Assembly: GCA_963705305.1 (NCBI GenBank) | Contig: OY970067.1 | Coordinates: forward strand, 3,232,001 to 3,296,000 | Direction: 5' to 3' | Length of the DNA stretch: 64,000 nucleotides | DNA from: an uncultured Methylomirabilota bacterium | GTDB taxonomy: Bacteria > Methylomirabilota > Methylomirabilia > Methylomirabilales > 2-02-FULL-66-22 | Shown here: piece after piece, positions 47,086 to 57,378 of the stretch | How the letters are laid out: each line of letters starts with the position of its first letter | Position numbering within the stretch: position 1 is the first letter of the stretch | Translations under genes and position numbers: made by a program | Notes under the pieces: model-generated | Databases searched by the model: none | What the model was told of the DNA's origin: nothing | Seen by the model: the letters and a program-made list of their open reading frames with translations, nothing else

Positions 47086-49359
47086 TCACGCCAACTCCGC
47101 GGTCAGCCCTGCGTTGATGAGGTCAAGGAGCGGTGCCGTGCTCTCGGGCTCCGGCGTCGGCTCGAGGGGTGGCAGGTCCCTCCAGAACGCGGCGAGCCGT
47201 TCCGTCAGGTGGGAGTACCGGCGAACGATTGTGTTGTTGTGAACGGCGATCCCAAGCGCCTGCCTGGTGCCGACGAGCACGAGGAGCTTGCGGGCGCGGG
47301 TCAGCCCGGTGTAGAGCACATTCCGCTGGAGCAACAGGTAGAATTGGGGCAGCATCACCAGCACGCAGCAGGGGTACTCCGAGCCCTGCGACTTATGGAC
47401 GCTCGTCGCGTAGGCGAGCATGAGCTCGTCCAGGTTCTGGAAGTCGTACTCCAGCGCCCGGTCGTCGATCCGGATGTGGACGAGTTGCTCGGGCACGTCA
47501 ATGTGGAGAATCCGGCCGAGATCCCCGTTGGCCGTTTGCAGCGCGTAGTTGTTCTTGATGACCATGACCCGGTCGCCGACCCGGAAGAGCCGGCTGCCGC
47601 GGGTCAGCTCGGTCTTCCCTTCCGTAGGGGGATTCAGACGGGCCTGCAGGGCGGCATTGAGCTGGGCAACGCCAGCCTCCCCACGATGCATGGGCACGAG
47701 GACCTGGATGTCTTCGAACGGATCGTAGCCGTATCGCCTGGGCAGGCGCTCGCTGACCAGCTGGACCACCAAGTCGCGCACCGTCACCGGGTCCTCCTGC
47801 TCGATGAAGTAGCAGTCCGGCACTTCGTCGCGGCCGGAAGCCAACAGGTCTGGCATCTCGCCGTGATTGACTCGGTGGGCGTTGGTGATGATCCGGCTCC
47901 GCTGGGCCTGCCGGAAGATCGTGGTCAGCCGGATGCTCGGGATCCCGTCGAAGTCGAGGAGGTCACGAAGCACGGTGCCCGGCCCCACGCTCGGGAGTTG
48001 GTCCGCGTCACCGACCAGCACCAGGGCGGCCGGGAGCGGGAGGGCCTGGAGGAGATGACACATCAGCGGAAGATCCACCATGCTCCCTTCGTCTACGACG
48101 ACCACGTCGGTGTCGAGCGGGTGCTGCCGGTTGCGGTGGAACTGCCCCCGCGAGCACTCGAGGAGCTTATGCACCGTGCTCGCGGGACGTCCGGTGACCT
48201 CGCTGAGACGCTTGGCGGCGCGGCCGGTCGGGGAGGCGAGGTGGATGCGGAGCCCCCTGGTCTCGAGGATCTTGATGAGGGTGTTCAGGATGGTGGTCTT
48301 GCCGGTGCCTGGCCCGCCGGTGATCACCACCAGCTTCTCCTGGAGCGCTAATCGCACCGCGTCTCGTTGCTGTGGCGTTAAGGTGAGGCTGATCTTGTCT
48401 TCCACCCAGCCAAGGGCCTGCTCGATGTCGATGGCCAGGGAGCGCCGCGGCGCGCGGAGGAATTCGCTCAGACGCCGGGCGAGCCGACTCTCGGCGATGT
48501 GGAGCGGTTTGAGGTAGGCGGCCTGCCCCTCCGGGAGGTCTTCGCAGATGATCTTTTCTTCTTCGAGCAAGGCGGGAATGGCCGGGGCGAGGAGATCCAC
48601 GGGAATCTCCAGGTCGGTCTCCGTGGTCGCGTGGAGTACGGTGACCGGGACGTAGACATGGCCGTCGTCCGTCAGCTTCTGGAGGGTGTGGAACACTGCA
48701 GCGGTGGCCCGGAACGGGGAATCTTTCGGGATCCCAAGCGCGGCCGCCACCGCGTCCGCCTTCTTGAAGCCGACGCCCCGGATATCCCGGGCCAATCTGT
48801 ATGGGTTGCTCTGGACCATGCTGATCGCGCCCTGGCCGTACGCCCGCCAGATCTTCCCGGCCAGGTACGGGGAGATCTGGTGGCTCTGCAGCCACAGCAT
48901 GATCCCTCGGACCTCCCGCTGCTCGGCCCACGTGGTCGTAATCCGGTCCCGGCGTTGCTTCCCGATGCCGGGGATCTCCAGGAGCCGTTCCGGCGTCTCC
49001 TCGATGACCTTGAGGGTCTCGACGCCAAAGGCATCGACGAGTTTCGCCGCAAAGGTCGGGCCGATCCCCTTGATCAGTCCGGATCCCAGGTACCGGCGAA
49101 TGCCGAACGCCGTGGCCGGCACGATCGACTCGTACCGGATCACTTCGAGCTGGAGCCCGTACTGGGCGTGTCGCTTCCAGCGGCCGTGCACGCGGACGCT
49201 CTCTCCGGGCGTGAGGGCCGCCATTGTGCCGACGATGGTGACGCGGTCTTTCTCGCCGCGCACGGCCAGGCGGGCGACGGTCCACTGGCTCTCGGGGTCG
49301 CTGAACGTGACGCGGTCGACCACCCCGCTGAGGGTGGTGGGTGGCATGGCTGCCGCCAT
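47086..49359 (-). CDS. recD2: RecD2-like ATP-dependent DNA helicase
   Basis: YLGSGLIKGIGP (HhH), NPYRL, TGGPGTGKTT, VVDEGSM, GDADQLPSVGPG, HKSQGSEY and YTGLTRAR. Confidence 0.92.
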   Translation of the reverse strand: MAAAMPPTTLSGVVDRVTFSDPESQWTVARLAVRGEKDRVTIVGTMAALTPGESVRVHGRWKRHAQYGLQLEVIRYESIVPATAFGIRRYLGSGLIKGIGPTFAAKLVDAFGVETLKVIEETPERLLEIPGIGKQRRDRITTTWAEQREVRGIMLWLQSHQISPYLAGKIWRAYGQGAISMVQSNPYRLARDIRGVGFKKADAVAAALGIPKDSPFRATAAVFHTLQKLTDDGHVYVPVTVLHATTETDLEIPVDLLAPAIPALLEEEKIICEDLPEGQAAYLKPLHIAESRLARRLSEFLRAPRRSLAIDIEQALGWVEDKISLTLTPQQRDAVRLALQEKLVVITGGPGTGKTTILNTLIKILETRGLRIHLASPTGRAAKRLSEVTGRPASTVHKLLECSRGQFHRNRQHPLDTDVVVVDEGSMVDLPLMCHLLQALPLPAALVLVGDADQLPSVGPGTVLRDLLDFDGIPSIRLTTIFRQAQRSRIITNAHRVNHGEMPDLLASGRDEVPDCYFIEQEDPVTVRDLVVQLVSERLPRRYGYDPFEDIQVLVPMHRGEAGVAQLNAALQARLNPPTEGKTELTRGSRLFRVGDRVMVIKNNYALQTANGDLGRILHIDVPEQLVHIRIDDRALEYDFQNLDELMLAYATSVHKSQGSEYPCCVLVMLPQFYLLLQRNVLYTGLTRARKLLVLVGTRQALGIAVHNNTIVRRYSHLTERLAAFWRDLPPLEPTPEPESTAPLLDLINAGLTAELA

Positions 49360-50030
49360 GGGCAGCTTCAGGGTGGTTTGGCTCACGAGCGGGCTCCCGG
49401 GGGCGTCCGTTAGGGCCGGAGGATCCTCTCGACCCAAATCCGATGTCGAGCGAGCCGCGCGGCCATGCGAGGGACGTCCATGGCGGTGGAATGCTCGCAA
49501 GTCTTGGCAATGCTGGCCTCGTCGTCGATCAGGGTTCGCAGGGATTCCTAGCCGCCCTGCATCCCCCGAGTTCGTGGAGAACGGCCTTCAAAAGATCGAA
49601 CGCCTGGGCGGAATCGTCTCCGGCGGAGCGGACGCCTGCAAGGCTGATCGTCAGGGCATCGGTGAATCCCATTGCCGTCTCCAGGGGCGATCCTGGGGCA
49701 GCAGTGCACCAGCGCATGCCAGAAGGAGTCGATGATCTCGCCGCGGACGTGGGTCCGGCAGACGGGCTTCAGGGTCTCGGAGAGTGCGAGGGCGTAGTCG
49801 TCGGTGAGGTGAAAAGTCTGTTCCGGGTCTGCGTGTCCCGTTCGCACGGACGTGAAGAAGGCTCGGGCCGTGGGCACCCCCCGAGGGAGGTGAGGGAAGA
49901 GGCTCCCAGGTACCAAGCCGTCAACGGCGGGATCTCGCCGGCCCCTCCGGTGCGGCCGAGCGCCGCGTCGACCCGGCGACTGACGATCGGACCCGGTGGG
50001 TAAGTGAACCGGCGCATCGGGTCCTCGTTT

Positions 50031-50420
50031 CTAGCGGGTCAGTGCTGGTGGCCCGGCTCGCAGGCATTCCTCCTCCGGGCGGAGGTTCCGGGGGTCGAGG
50101 AACTGGAACTGGTCGATCACGACCGCCATCTTGCCCGTGCGGCGGCCCGTCTCCAGATCGCGGCGCTCGACGAGATGTCCTTCGATGAAGATAGGGCGGC
50201 CGCGTTTCAGGTGCTGGCCGATGCTCTCCGCGTGCTTGTTGTACGCGATGACATCGATGTAGGAAATCTCCTCTGACAGTGTCCCGGGGTGCCTGTGGGT
50301 GGGCCGGCGCCGCGGAACAGCCAGGAAGAAGTTGGCCACAACGCTCCCGAGCGGGGTGGTGGCGACCTCGGGGTCCTGCACGAGGTTTCCGATGAGCACG
50401 ACTCTGCTGTAGCCGATCAT
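50031..50420 (-). CDS. ssb: Single-stranded DNA-binding protein (divergent)
   Basis: RVVLIGNLVQDPE, HLKRGRPIFIEGHL and FQFLD. It lacks the acidic tail. Confidence 0.75.
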   Translation of the reverse strand: MIGYSRVVLIGNLVQDPEVATTPLGSVVANFFLAVPRRRPTHRHPGTLSEEISYIDVIAYNKHAESIGQHLKRGRPIFIEGHLVERRDLETGRRTGKMAVVIDQFQFLDPRNLRPEEECLRAGPPALTR

Positions 50421-50494
50421 GGTCTTTTCCCTCTGGCCGTCCTGGTCCGCCGCCGGGAGTGGCACGGAGAAGGCCCCGAACACGTCGGGGCGGA

Positions 50495-50713
50495 TTACGG
50501 AAGGTGCTGAATGACGGCCAGGAGCGCCTCCCGCGTGACCAGCGGTCCGTACTGCTCGATCAGGATGTCTGCCACCGTCTGGACGGAGACTTCGGCCACT
50601 GCTTCCGGGAGGTTCCCCTCCTCTTCGAGTTCGATCGTCAGGTCGGTCAGGGCGTCCCGCAGGCTGCGCTGGATGGGTTCGAGCGTGAACGGGCGCGTGA
50701 TCACGGCTCCCAT
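50495..50713 (-). CDS. Small acidic hypothetical protein
   Basis: 72 aa with the RBS AAGGGAG. Confidence 0.5.
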   Translation of the reverse strand: MGAVITRPFTLEPIQRSLRDALTDLTIELEEEGNLPEAVAEVSVQTVADILIEQYGPLVTREALLAVIQHLP

Positions 50714-50883
50714 GGTGCTTCTCCCTTCTGTGGCTGACGCAGAAGCGATAACTGCAGAGCGGCGGACGGAGCGCCGGCGGCTCCGGGTGTGGCCTGACAG
50801 TCGCGCATGGCGCCGGGGAGAAATGCTCGCGCCGCCCTGGCGGCGCCGGGACGGCCCGGCGGTGAGCGGGTGTGGGTGGGGGC

Positions 50884-52296
50884 TCATAGGCATTTGCCTC
50901 CCGAGAAGTACTGAGCGAGCCACTGGAGCCAGCTCTGAGGGCGTGGGCTCAGCATCCCGGTTGTCCGAGGCTCGCGGGATCCGCTCACCGGGGCGAGGAA
51001 GGGCGATGGGGCGCCGTGCCGACAGAGCCAGAGCAACTGCTTGGCGCGAGTGACGGCGACGTACAGGAGACGCAGTTCCTCGTACCGGCTGCCGTCCGAC
51101 TCGGCCCGCCGGCAGGGCATCAGGCCGTCCTGGACCCCGGCCAGAAAGACACACGTGAACTCGCAGCCTTTGCTCTGGTGCATGGTCATGAGCTGGATCG
51201 CGTCCGGGGCGGGAGTCGGGGGCTCCTGACCATCGTCAAGCTGGTCGTGCCGGGGCGGTTGGAATACCGGGATGTTCCAGCGAGTCGCCTCCGTCTCCAG
51301 GGCCGGCATCTGCGCGCGGAGGCGGACGAGGATGGCGATCTCGCTGGCCGGAATGTGGATCGCGAGCAGGGTGCGGACCTCCTCGAAGATACAGACCGCC
51401 TCGGCCTCGGCGCTCTCCGTGACGATCCAGCGGATCGCCGGGTGGGCCTCCGGACGTTTCGCGGACATGGAGTGGCACGGGGCCTGGGGGCCAGCAGTGG
51501 GGCTGAGGAGCCGGCGAGCGAGTTCCACGATCGTCTTCGCCGACCGGTAATTCTCGGCCAGCAGGATCGTTTTGCACGGCTGCGCGAAGGTGGACTCCGC
51601 CTGGAGCAGGTAGGCCGCCGAGGCTTGCCGGAAGCCGTAAATGGCCTGGTCCGGATCCCCGACGAGCAACAGTTCCGGCTCGGTCATGTGCCGGCAAAGC
51701 TCTTGGAGGAACTCCACTTGCGTCGCGTCCAGGTCCTGGGCCTCGTCGACTGCCAGGAACTGGACCGGCGGGATCCACGCGGGCACGCCCCCTGTCCGGA
51801 GCGCTGCGATGGCCTGGGGAATCAGGGCATCGAGGTTCAGGGGGGACGGCAGGAGCCCGAGGTCCGCGAGGATCCGATAGGCCAACGCGTGGAAAGTCCC
51901 GAGCGCGGGCGCCTTCTGACCGGATTTCCCCAGGCGCTGGCGCATCTCGGTGGCGGCCCGGCGCGTGAAGGTGAGGCCGATCATGGTGTGGGCTGGCATT
52001 CCCTTCTGGAGGCGGTCTTTCAGCTCATTCGTGAGCAGGCGGGTCTTGCCGGACCCGGGCCCAGCCAGGACGCGGCGCAGACGCGGGGCCTTGGTGCCAC
52101 CTGGATGGAGCATGCGGTGTGGTCCTCCTGGGTGCGAGCGGGGGGAGGGTTGCACCCAGGGCAGGGGGGCATTCCAGGTCGGAACGAGCGCCGGGCTCGC
52201 GTTGGCTGCCGGGGTGCTCGGGTACACGGTCACCAGCCGTTCGCCCCGGTGGGACGGCGGGATTGGCGATGTGGGCACCCGGGCCGCCTTGGCCAT
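50884..52296 (-). CDS. Compact UvrD/Rep-family helicase
   Basis: AGPGSGKT, LTFTRRAA, DEAQD, VGDPDQAIYGFR, ENYRS, TMHQSKGCEF and EELRLLYVAVTRAK. Confidence 0.88.
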   Translation of the reverse strand: MAKAARVPTSPIPPSHRGERLVTVYPSTPAANASPALVPTWNAPLPWVQPSPRSHPGGPHRMLHPGGTKAPRLRRVLAGPGSGKTRLLTNELKDRLQKGMPAHTMIGLTFTRRAATEMRQRLGKSGQKAPALGTFHALAYRILADLGLLPSPLNLDALIPQAIAALRTGGVPAWIPPVQFLAVDEAQDLDATQVEFLQELCRHMTEPELLLVGDPDQAIYGFRQASAAYLLQAESTFAQPCKTILLAENYRSAKTIVELARRLLSPTAGPQAPCHSMSAKRPEAHPAIRWIVTESAEAEAVCIFEEVRTLLAIHIPASEIAILVRLRAQMPALETEATRWNIPVFQPPRHDQLDDGQEPPTPAPDAIQLMTMHQSKGCEFTCVFLAGVQDGLMPCRRAESDGSRYEELRLLYVAVTRAKQLLWLCRHGAPSPFLAPVSGSREPRTTGMLSPRPQSWLQWLAQYFSGGKCL

Positions 52297-52299
52297 ACG

Positions 52300-53409
52300 C
52301 TATTCTCCGCGGATGGGCATAACGATGTAGGTGTACCGGTCGTCGTTCGCCGGCTGGACCAGGATGGGGTCCAGGGGACCGGTGATGTAGAGACGGATGG
52401 TCTCGACGCCCACCCGGTCGAGGTAGTCCAGGAGGTATTTGCCCTGCACGGAGAACGCGGTGGGCTGGCCGCTGCACGTGCAGTCCAGATCTTCGCGGCC
52501 GTCTCCCAGGTCCGGGTTCCGGCCGGAGAGGGTGAGCATCCCGGCTCCCGGGGTGAGCTTCACGGGGTGGCCGTCGGCGAGGATCGGGGCGATCCGGCGC
52601 AGGCCATCGCGGAACGTCTCGCGCGGGATCTCGATCAGGTGCTCGCGGCTTGCCAGGACTACCTGGTCGACGTTGGGGAAACCGGCGTCGATCAGCCGGC
52701 TGGCGATAACGAATCCCTCACGCTGGACCACCAGGTGTTCCTGGTTTGGGCTGAAGCCCAGGTGTAGCTCCCCTCCCAGTTCGGCGCCGAGTCGGGCCGC
52801 CATGTTGAGGGGCTTGGGGGGGACGATGACATTCACGTCCTGCTGGCCGTTTGCGTGCGGGAAGCTCACCAGCGCGAGGCGATGGCCGTTGGTCGCCGCC
52901 ACCTTCAGAGCGTCGGCAGTGCTCTGGAAGGAGATACCTGTCAGGGCAAAGCGGCTGGCGTCGGTGCTGACCGCGAATTCGGTCCGACTCACCAGATCCG
53001 CGAATGCCGCGGCCGGCAGCGTGAGCCACTCGGCCTCCGGCAGCTGCGGGAACTGCGGGAAGTCGTCCGGCTTGGCGCCCCGCAGCCGGAACTGGGACCG
53101 CTCGCAGGTGAGCTCCACCGTGTCGTCCTTGGTGAGGGTCAGCGTGACCTTGGCGGTGGACGGGAGGGCGTGGGTGATCTCGTTGAGCTTCTGTCCGGGG
53201 AGGGCGACCACGCCCGGGGTGGCCACCTCCGCCGGTAGCGTCAGCCGGATGGAGGTGGTGAGGTCAGTCCCCGTCACAACCACTTGCTGCGCGGCGGTCC
53301 CCTCCACGAGGAAGTGCGAGAGGATCGGGAGGGGCTTGGTCTTCGGGTCGATTGCGCGCTGGACCAGGCCGACGGCCTTCGAGAACTCTTTCTGGACGGT
53401 GAAGTTCAT
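52300..53409 (-). CDS. dnaN: DNA polymerase III beta sliding clamp
   Basis: 369 aa. LPILSH, GTDL, DDFPQFP, AATNGHRLA, SRLIDAGFPN and YIVMPIR. Confidence 0.92.
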   Translation of the reverse strand: MNFTVQKEFSKAVGLVQRAIDPKTKPLPILSHFLVEGTAAQQVVVTGTDLTTSIRLTLPAEVATPGVVALPGQKLNEITHALPSTAKVTLTLTKDDTVELTCERSQFRLRGAKPDDFPQFPQLPEAEWLTLPAAAFADLVSRTEFAVSTDASRFALTGISFQSTADALKVAATNGHRLALVSFPHANGQQDVNVIVPPKPLNMAARLGAELGGELHLGFSPNQEHLVVQREGFVIASRLIDAGFPNVDQVVLASREHLIEIPRETFRDGLRRIAPILADGHPVKLTPGAGMLTLSGRNPDLGDGREDLDCTCSGQPTAFSVQGKYLLDYLDRVGVETIRLYITGPLDPILVQPANDDRYTYIVMPIRGE

Positions 53410-53749
53410 GGATTACACTCCATAGAGCCACGGGTGGACACGCAATTCCCACCAGCGGGCAAGTGAGAGCGCGTGCCTGCGCGGAGACCCGTAGCGCACG
53501 AGGGCCGCCATGACGTGCAGGGCGTTGAGGTGGTGCTGCATGTGCCGCCGCATCCGCCTCCTCACGCGCTCGGGCCAGTGGGCTGACCCGTGCTGGAGCG
53601 CACGGTACCAGCCCGGAACAACAGGTGAAGGGCAGAAAAATGCAGGGCACGGTGCCGATGCTGGCGGGGCGGCACGCCGCGCCCTGTGGACCGGTGGAGT
53701 GCCCAGGCATCCGGGGAATCTGTGGCGGCCCGGGGGTGGCGGGACGGGA

Positions 53750-54025
53750 CTAGGCGGTCTTCGCGGCCAGGGCATCCACAAACTTCACGCGCTCGACCAT
53801 GACGATTTGCTTGGGGAAGGGGTGGCGCTTGGGATCAGTCCAGGTCTGCTGCGTGAGCCAGCCTTCCATGAGAACCATGCGCGCTTTGGCCAGAACCGTC
53901 GTGGCGCTCTCGGCCTGCACTCCGAAGACGGCCGAATCCATGAAGCAAGTTTCCTCATCCAGACTCTTTCCCGAGAGGTCCCGCGGTGCGGGAGTTGCTC
54001 GGGTTCCCGATGGGTAAAGGTGCAT
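53750..54025 (-). pseudogene. Second ssb, degraded
   Basis: EETCFMDSAVFGVQAE..LAKARMVLMEGWLTQQTW..VERVKFVD. The N-terminus is lost. Confidence 0.6.
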
Positions 54026-54172
54026 CCTATCGAGGTGGACGGTCGGGGTGATCGCGTGTGGCGGTCGGCCTCGCTAGCCCTTCTTGGGGTGACGGGGGGG
54101 TTGCAGGGGGAGTATCCAGACGTGCACTCACCATGAGTGGAGAGGTGGTGCGGCGGTGCGGGACTGCGGGGA

Positions 54173-54688
54173 TCAGGTCTCCTGAGCAGCTCGCTCGAAA
54201 TACGCCCATGGCACGATGTCCGTCTCCTGCCCGCCGTCCACGTGCCGGAGGTACGTGCGGTACCGGGCACCCTGCATATCCAGGTGGACCTGGTCACATT
54301 CGGTGCCGTCGGCCAGGCGATCGTCGAGGGTGAAGTCGTTGGAGAGTTCGACGATCTGCTGGTCGCTGAGAACCTGCTCCACCAACTCGTCGCCTAGGCG
54401 GGCACGCAGAAAATCCTCGATATCGTCGCATTCCTTGCTGGCAGCCATGACGCTGGCGAACTCCTGGCTCGCCTCGACCTCCGGGTCGTGGCCCAACCAG
54501 CGGGGTGTCGCGTCCCAGAAGCTGAGAGTCCAGAGGCTACCAAGTGCCTCGCGCTGGGTGTCGATCTGGCGGACTGTCTCGCGCCGCTAGAGCATCTGGC
54601 GGGCGTATTCCGGGGTGATGGTGAGGAGCGCGAACGACGAGGAGGGGCGGTTCTCGTCGGACCCGTGAACGTACAGTAAGAGTCGCAT
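54173..54688 (-). pseudogene. Hypothetical gene with an in-frame TAG at 54587-54589
   Basis: ORFs 54587-54688 and 54173-54496 share a frame and read as one protein. The RBS AAGGAG lies before 54688. Confidence 0.55.
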
Positions 54689-54834
54689 GGTTCTATCTCC
54701 TTGCCCTTGTCGGCCGGTATCTTGAGATTCCAGGCATGGGTCTTCGCATCCGTGGGACCCTGGAGACGAGGCGCCTTGCTTCAGCGCGAGTGGGTGACAC
54801 TGTAGATGGCCTGTTGACATTCGACGGGCGTGGG

Positions 54835-55418
54835 TCAACCTCGCGCGTGGATCTGAAGGTCCAGCCGGGCTTCGATGGTCCGGATTGCCGGGAGATAGTC
54901 CATGAGGATGTGACTGTCTTCCGGGACGGGGGCGGTTGATGTGAATTGATGCGCCAGCGTCTCCCAGCTAAGGCCCTGGCCCAAGAGCTTGCTGGTCTGG
55001 ATCTCATGAAGAAACGTCGGCCACTTCGCTGCGGCGGCATGGGGAGGGGAATCGGGAGCGAGGTAGACGACAATCACATAGGCAAGGCCTCTCCGCTCAG
55101 CCCAGAGTTCGAGGAATGCGGCCTGGTGAACAGGAAGCTGGGATGGGTACCAGCGATCCTCGGAGACGGACTTCAGCTCGACGGCGAGCGCTCGACCCTC
55201 CGGCGCGAGGACGCCCAGGTAGTCCGACACGGTTCGTTGCCGATAGAAGCCGGTGAATCGGCCCCGGGAGGCGCTGTCCTCCTCCCGGTGGAGGCGCCCG
55301 ACGGGGGGGGAGGCACCGGAACCATGAGCGCAGTGCCGGCCTGCTCGTAGGCGGTGTGCGTCAAGGCGAGGAACCGTTCTGCCGTGCGCCCACGGTTGGC
55401 GCAGTGTCGAGCATACAT
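54835..55418 (-). pseudogene. recU: RecU-like Holliday junction resolvase, frameshifted at a G8/C8 tract
   Basis: ANRGRTAE..VPPP lies in one frame. TVSDYLGV..AVELKS..HQAAFL..GLAYVIV lies in another. The switch is at 55303-55310. Confidence 0.75.
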
Positions 55419-56124
55419 GAGGGCTCCTTGGGTTAGATGAACAAGGTGCGGCTGAGCCACCTCGCGACGGGGAGGATTCGGTGGTTGCAGCCGCGGCCAC
55501 CGGGAATCATGGATGGACTCCAGGGAGCGAACTCGGTGGCGCGCGGATCTAACGAAGAAAGACACGAAGGGTTGGCAGAGCCGGTTTAGGTGAACGCCGG
55601 TTTCTCCCCGAGCTGCAGTAAGAGAGATCGTGTGGCGAGATCAATTGGGGAAATATCAGGGGAAGACAACCATGGATCCAATCTCTGTTGGCCTCCGGCG
55701 GCATCGGTGGGACTAAGCCGTCGGAGCCGAGGGTGCTCGTCTCGACAAGCATGGAAACAGCACCACAATTGTACCATTTCAAGAGCACCTCATCACTCGG
55801 CTGTTCCTTGCAAGTGCTTGCTGGATTCTGTGTCGCAGTAGGCATGAGATTATTTAATTGACATAAGTAAATTAATTTGGTCTGAAACCAGCCGGTAGCT
55901 GGCCGGGCACAGTATTCAGCTGGCGAGAAGGTTCTGCAGTAGTTCAATCAGTACGGCGTGCTCACCGCTGATCTTCCGGAGCCACTCGTCTCGCGAGCAG
56001 TCCGCAAGCTCCACCCGGCCAGGGTAGGCCCGGACCACGACTGTTGGGAGGTGTCAAGGGCCATTCAATTTTCCCCAGGTGTGGTCATCGAAAATTCCCC
56101 AGCCGTCGCCTGTTTGGTGGTGCG

Positions 56125-56904
56125 TTAGGCCGTGGCCTCGGCCCCCTTCAGGAGGCCGGCCTTGATCTTCTCCTTCAACCGGTAGCTGTCCCCGCGGATG
56201 GTCACGGTGATTCCATGGTGCAAGAGGCGGTCGAGGATGGCCGTCGCAATCACCCGATCCCCGAAGACCTCCCCCCAGTTCGCGAAGCTCTGGTTCGAGG
56301 TGAGGATCACGGGGCCGCGCTCGTAGCGCCGGCTGATGAGCTGGAAGAAGAGATTGGCCCCCTGCCGGTCGATGGGGAGGTACCCGATCTCGTCCAAGAT
56401 CAGCAGCCGGGGGACGGTGTAGAGCTTCAGCTTCTCCTCGAGCCGGTTCTCGCTCATCGCCTTGGTGAGCGTCGTGAGCAGGGCGGCCGCGGTCGTGAAC
56501 AGGACCCGGTACCCGAGCTGGATGGCCTTGAGGCCGAGCCCGACGGCGAGGTGGGTCTTCCCCACGCCCGGCGGGCCCAGCAGGATCACGTTCTCGCCGG
56601 TCTCCACGAACCGGCAGGTGGCCAGGGTCTGGAGCTGCTTCTTGTCGAGGGAGGGCTGGTAGCTCCAGTCGAAGCCCTCCAGGGTCTTCACGAAGGGGAA
56701 CCGGGCCAGGCTCGTGCGCATGGCCACGTGCTTGGCGGTCTTGGCGGTGACCTCCTCGGTGAGCACGGCCTCGAGGAAGTCGGCGTAGGTCGTCTCCTGC
56801 GTGGTGGCGTCCTGCAGGAGCGCTTCGAGCCGCTCCCGGCTCTTGAACAAGCGGAGGCGCTGGCAGTGCTCCTGGAGCCGTTCGAGCTGGGCGGGCGTGG
56901 TCAT
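56125..56904 (-). CDS. istB: IS21 helper ATPase IstB (outer)
   Basis: GPPGVGKTHL, LILDEIGY, LTSN and ILDRLLHH. Confidence 0.92.
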   Translation of the reverse strand: MTTPAQLERLQEHCQRLRLFKSRERLEALLQDATTQETTYADFLEAVLTEEVTAKTAKHVAMRTSLARFPFVKTLEGFDWSYQPSLDKKQLQTLATCRFVETGENVILLGPPGVGKTHLAVGLGLKAIQLGYRVLFTTAAALLTTLTKAMSENRLEEKLKLYTVPRLLILDEIGYLPIDRQGANLFFQLISRRYERGPVILTSNQSFANWGEVFGDRVIATAILDRLLHHGITVTIRGDSYRLKEKIKAGLLKGAEATA

Positions 56905-57206
56905 GCGGCACCTCCCGCCTGGGCGCAGGCGTCGTAGATCGCGAGATCACGGACGTCGACGACGGGGATCGTCCACGGGGAGACCGGACGCTCAACCCCC
57001 TGGCGGCGGGCCTGCCGGGGATTGCGCGCGACGGCCCCCGGGCCGTGCTCGGGGAGCAACCGGACTTGATGCCGGCCGCGGAACTCTTCATGCTCGGCGA
57101 CGACCTGACCCTGGTAGCGGATCACGACGCGGCCCTCCCGGCGCTGCACCTCCACGGTGCGACCGATGAGGCGGAAGGGCACGGAGTACCGGTTGGTGTC
57201 GAGGCT
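56901..57206 (-). pseudogene. istA: Outer istA, C-terminal piece
   Basis: SLDTNRYSVP..VAEH..VRDLAIYD. It continues the FLVS of 59895-60847. Confidence 0.8.
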
Positions 57207-57378
57207 TGATTGTGTCAACCTGATTTGGCCCCTTTGTGATGCTCTGATTTGGTCCCACCTCCTTTCAGGGGATTAGTACTTGTGAGACGACGTCAGTATC
57301 CGTGTCCCATCCTCTATCAGGAGCATCAGCAGCATTCCCTCCGGTTCCCTACACGTTGAGAGAGCAGCCTCGGCGCAC

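Noticed and set aside
52294..52302. dnaN and uvrD are in frame across a single TAG, and 54587 is another in-frame TAG, suggesting amber readthrough or recoding
   Set aside because: DnaN ends at its normal C-terminus (VMPIRGE), several intact genes here end in TAG, and the region has many other lesions. Coincidence and decay are sufficient explanations.
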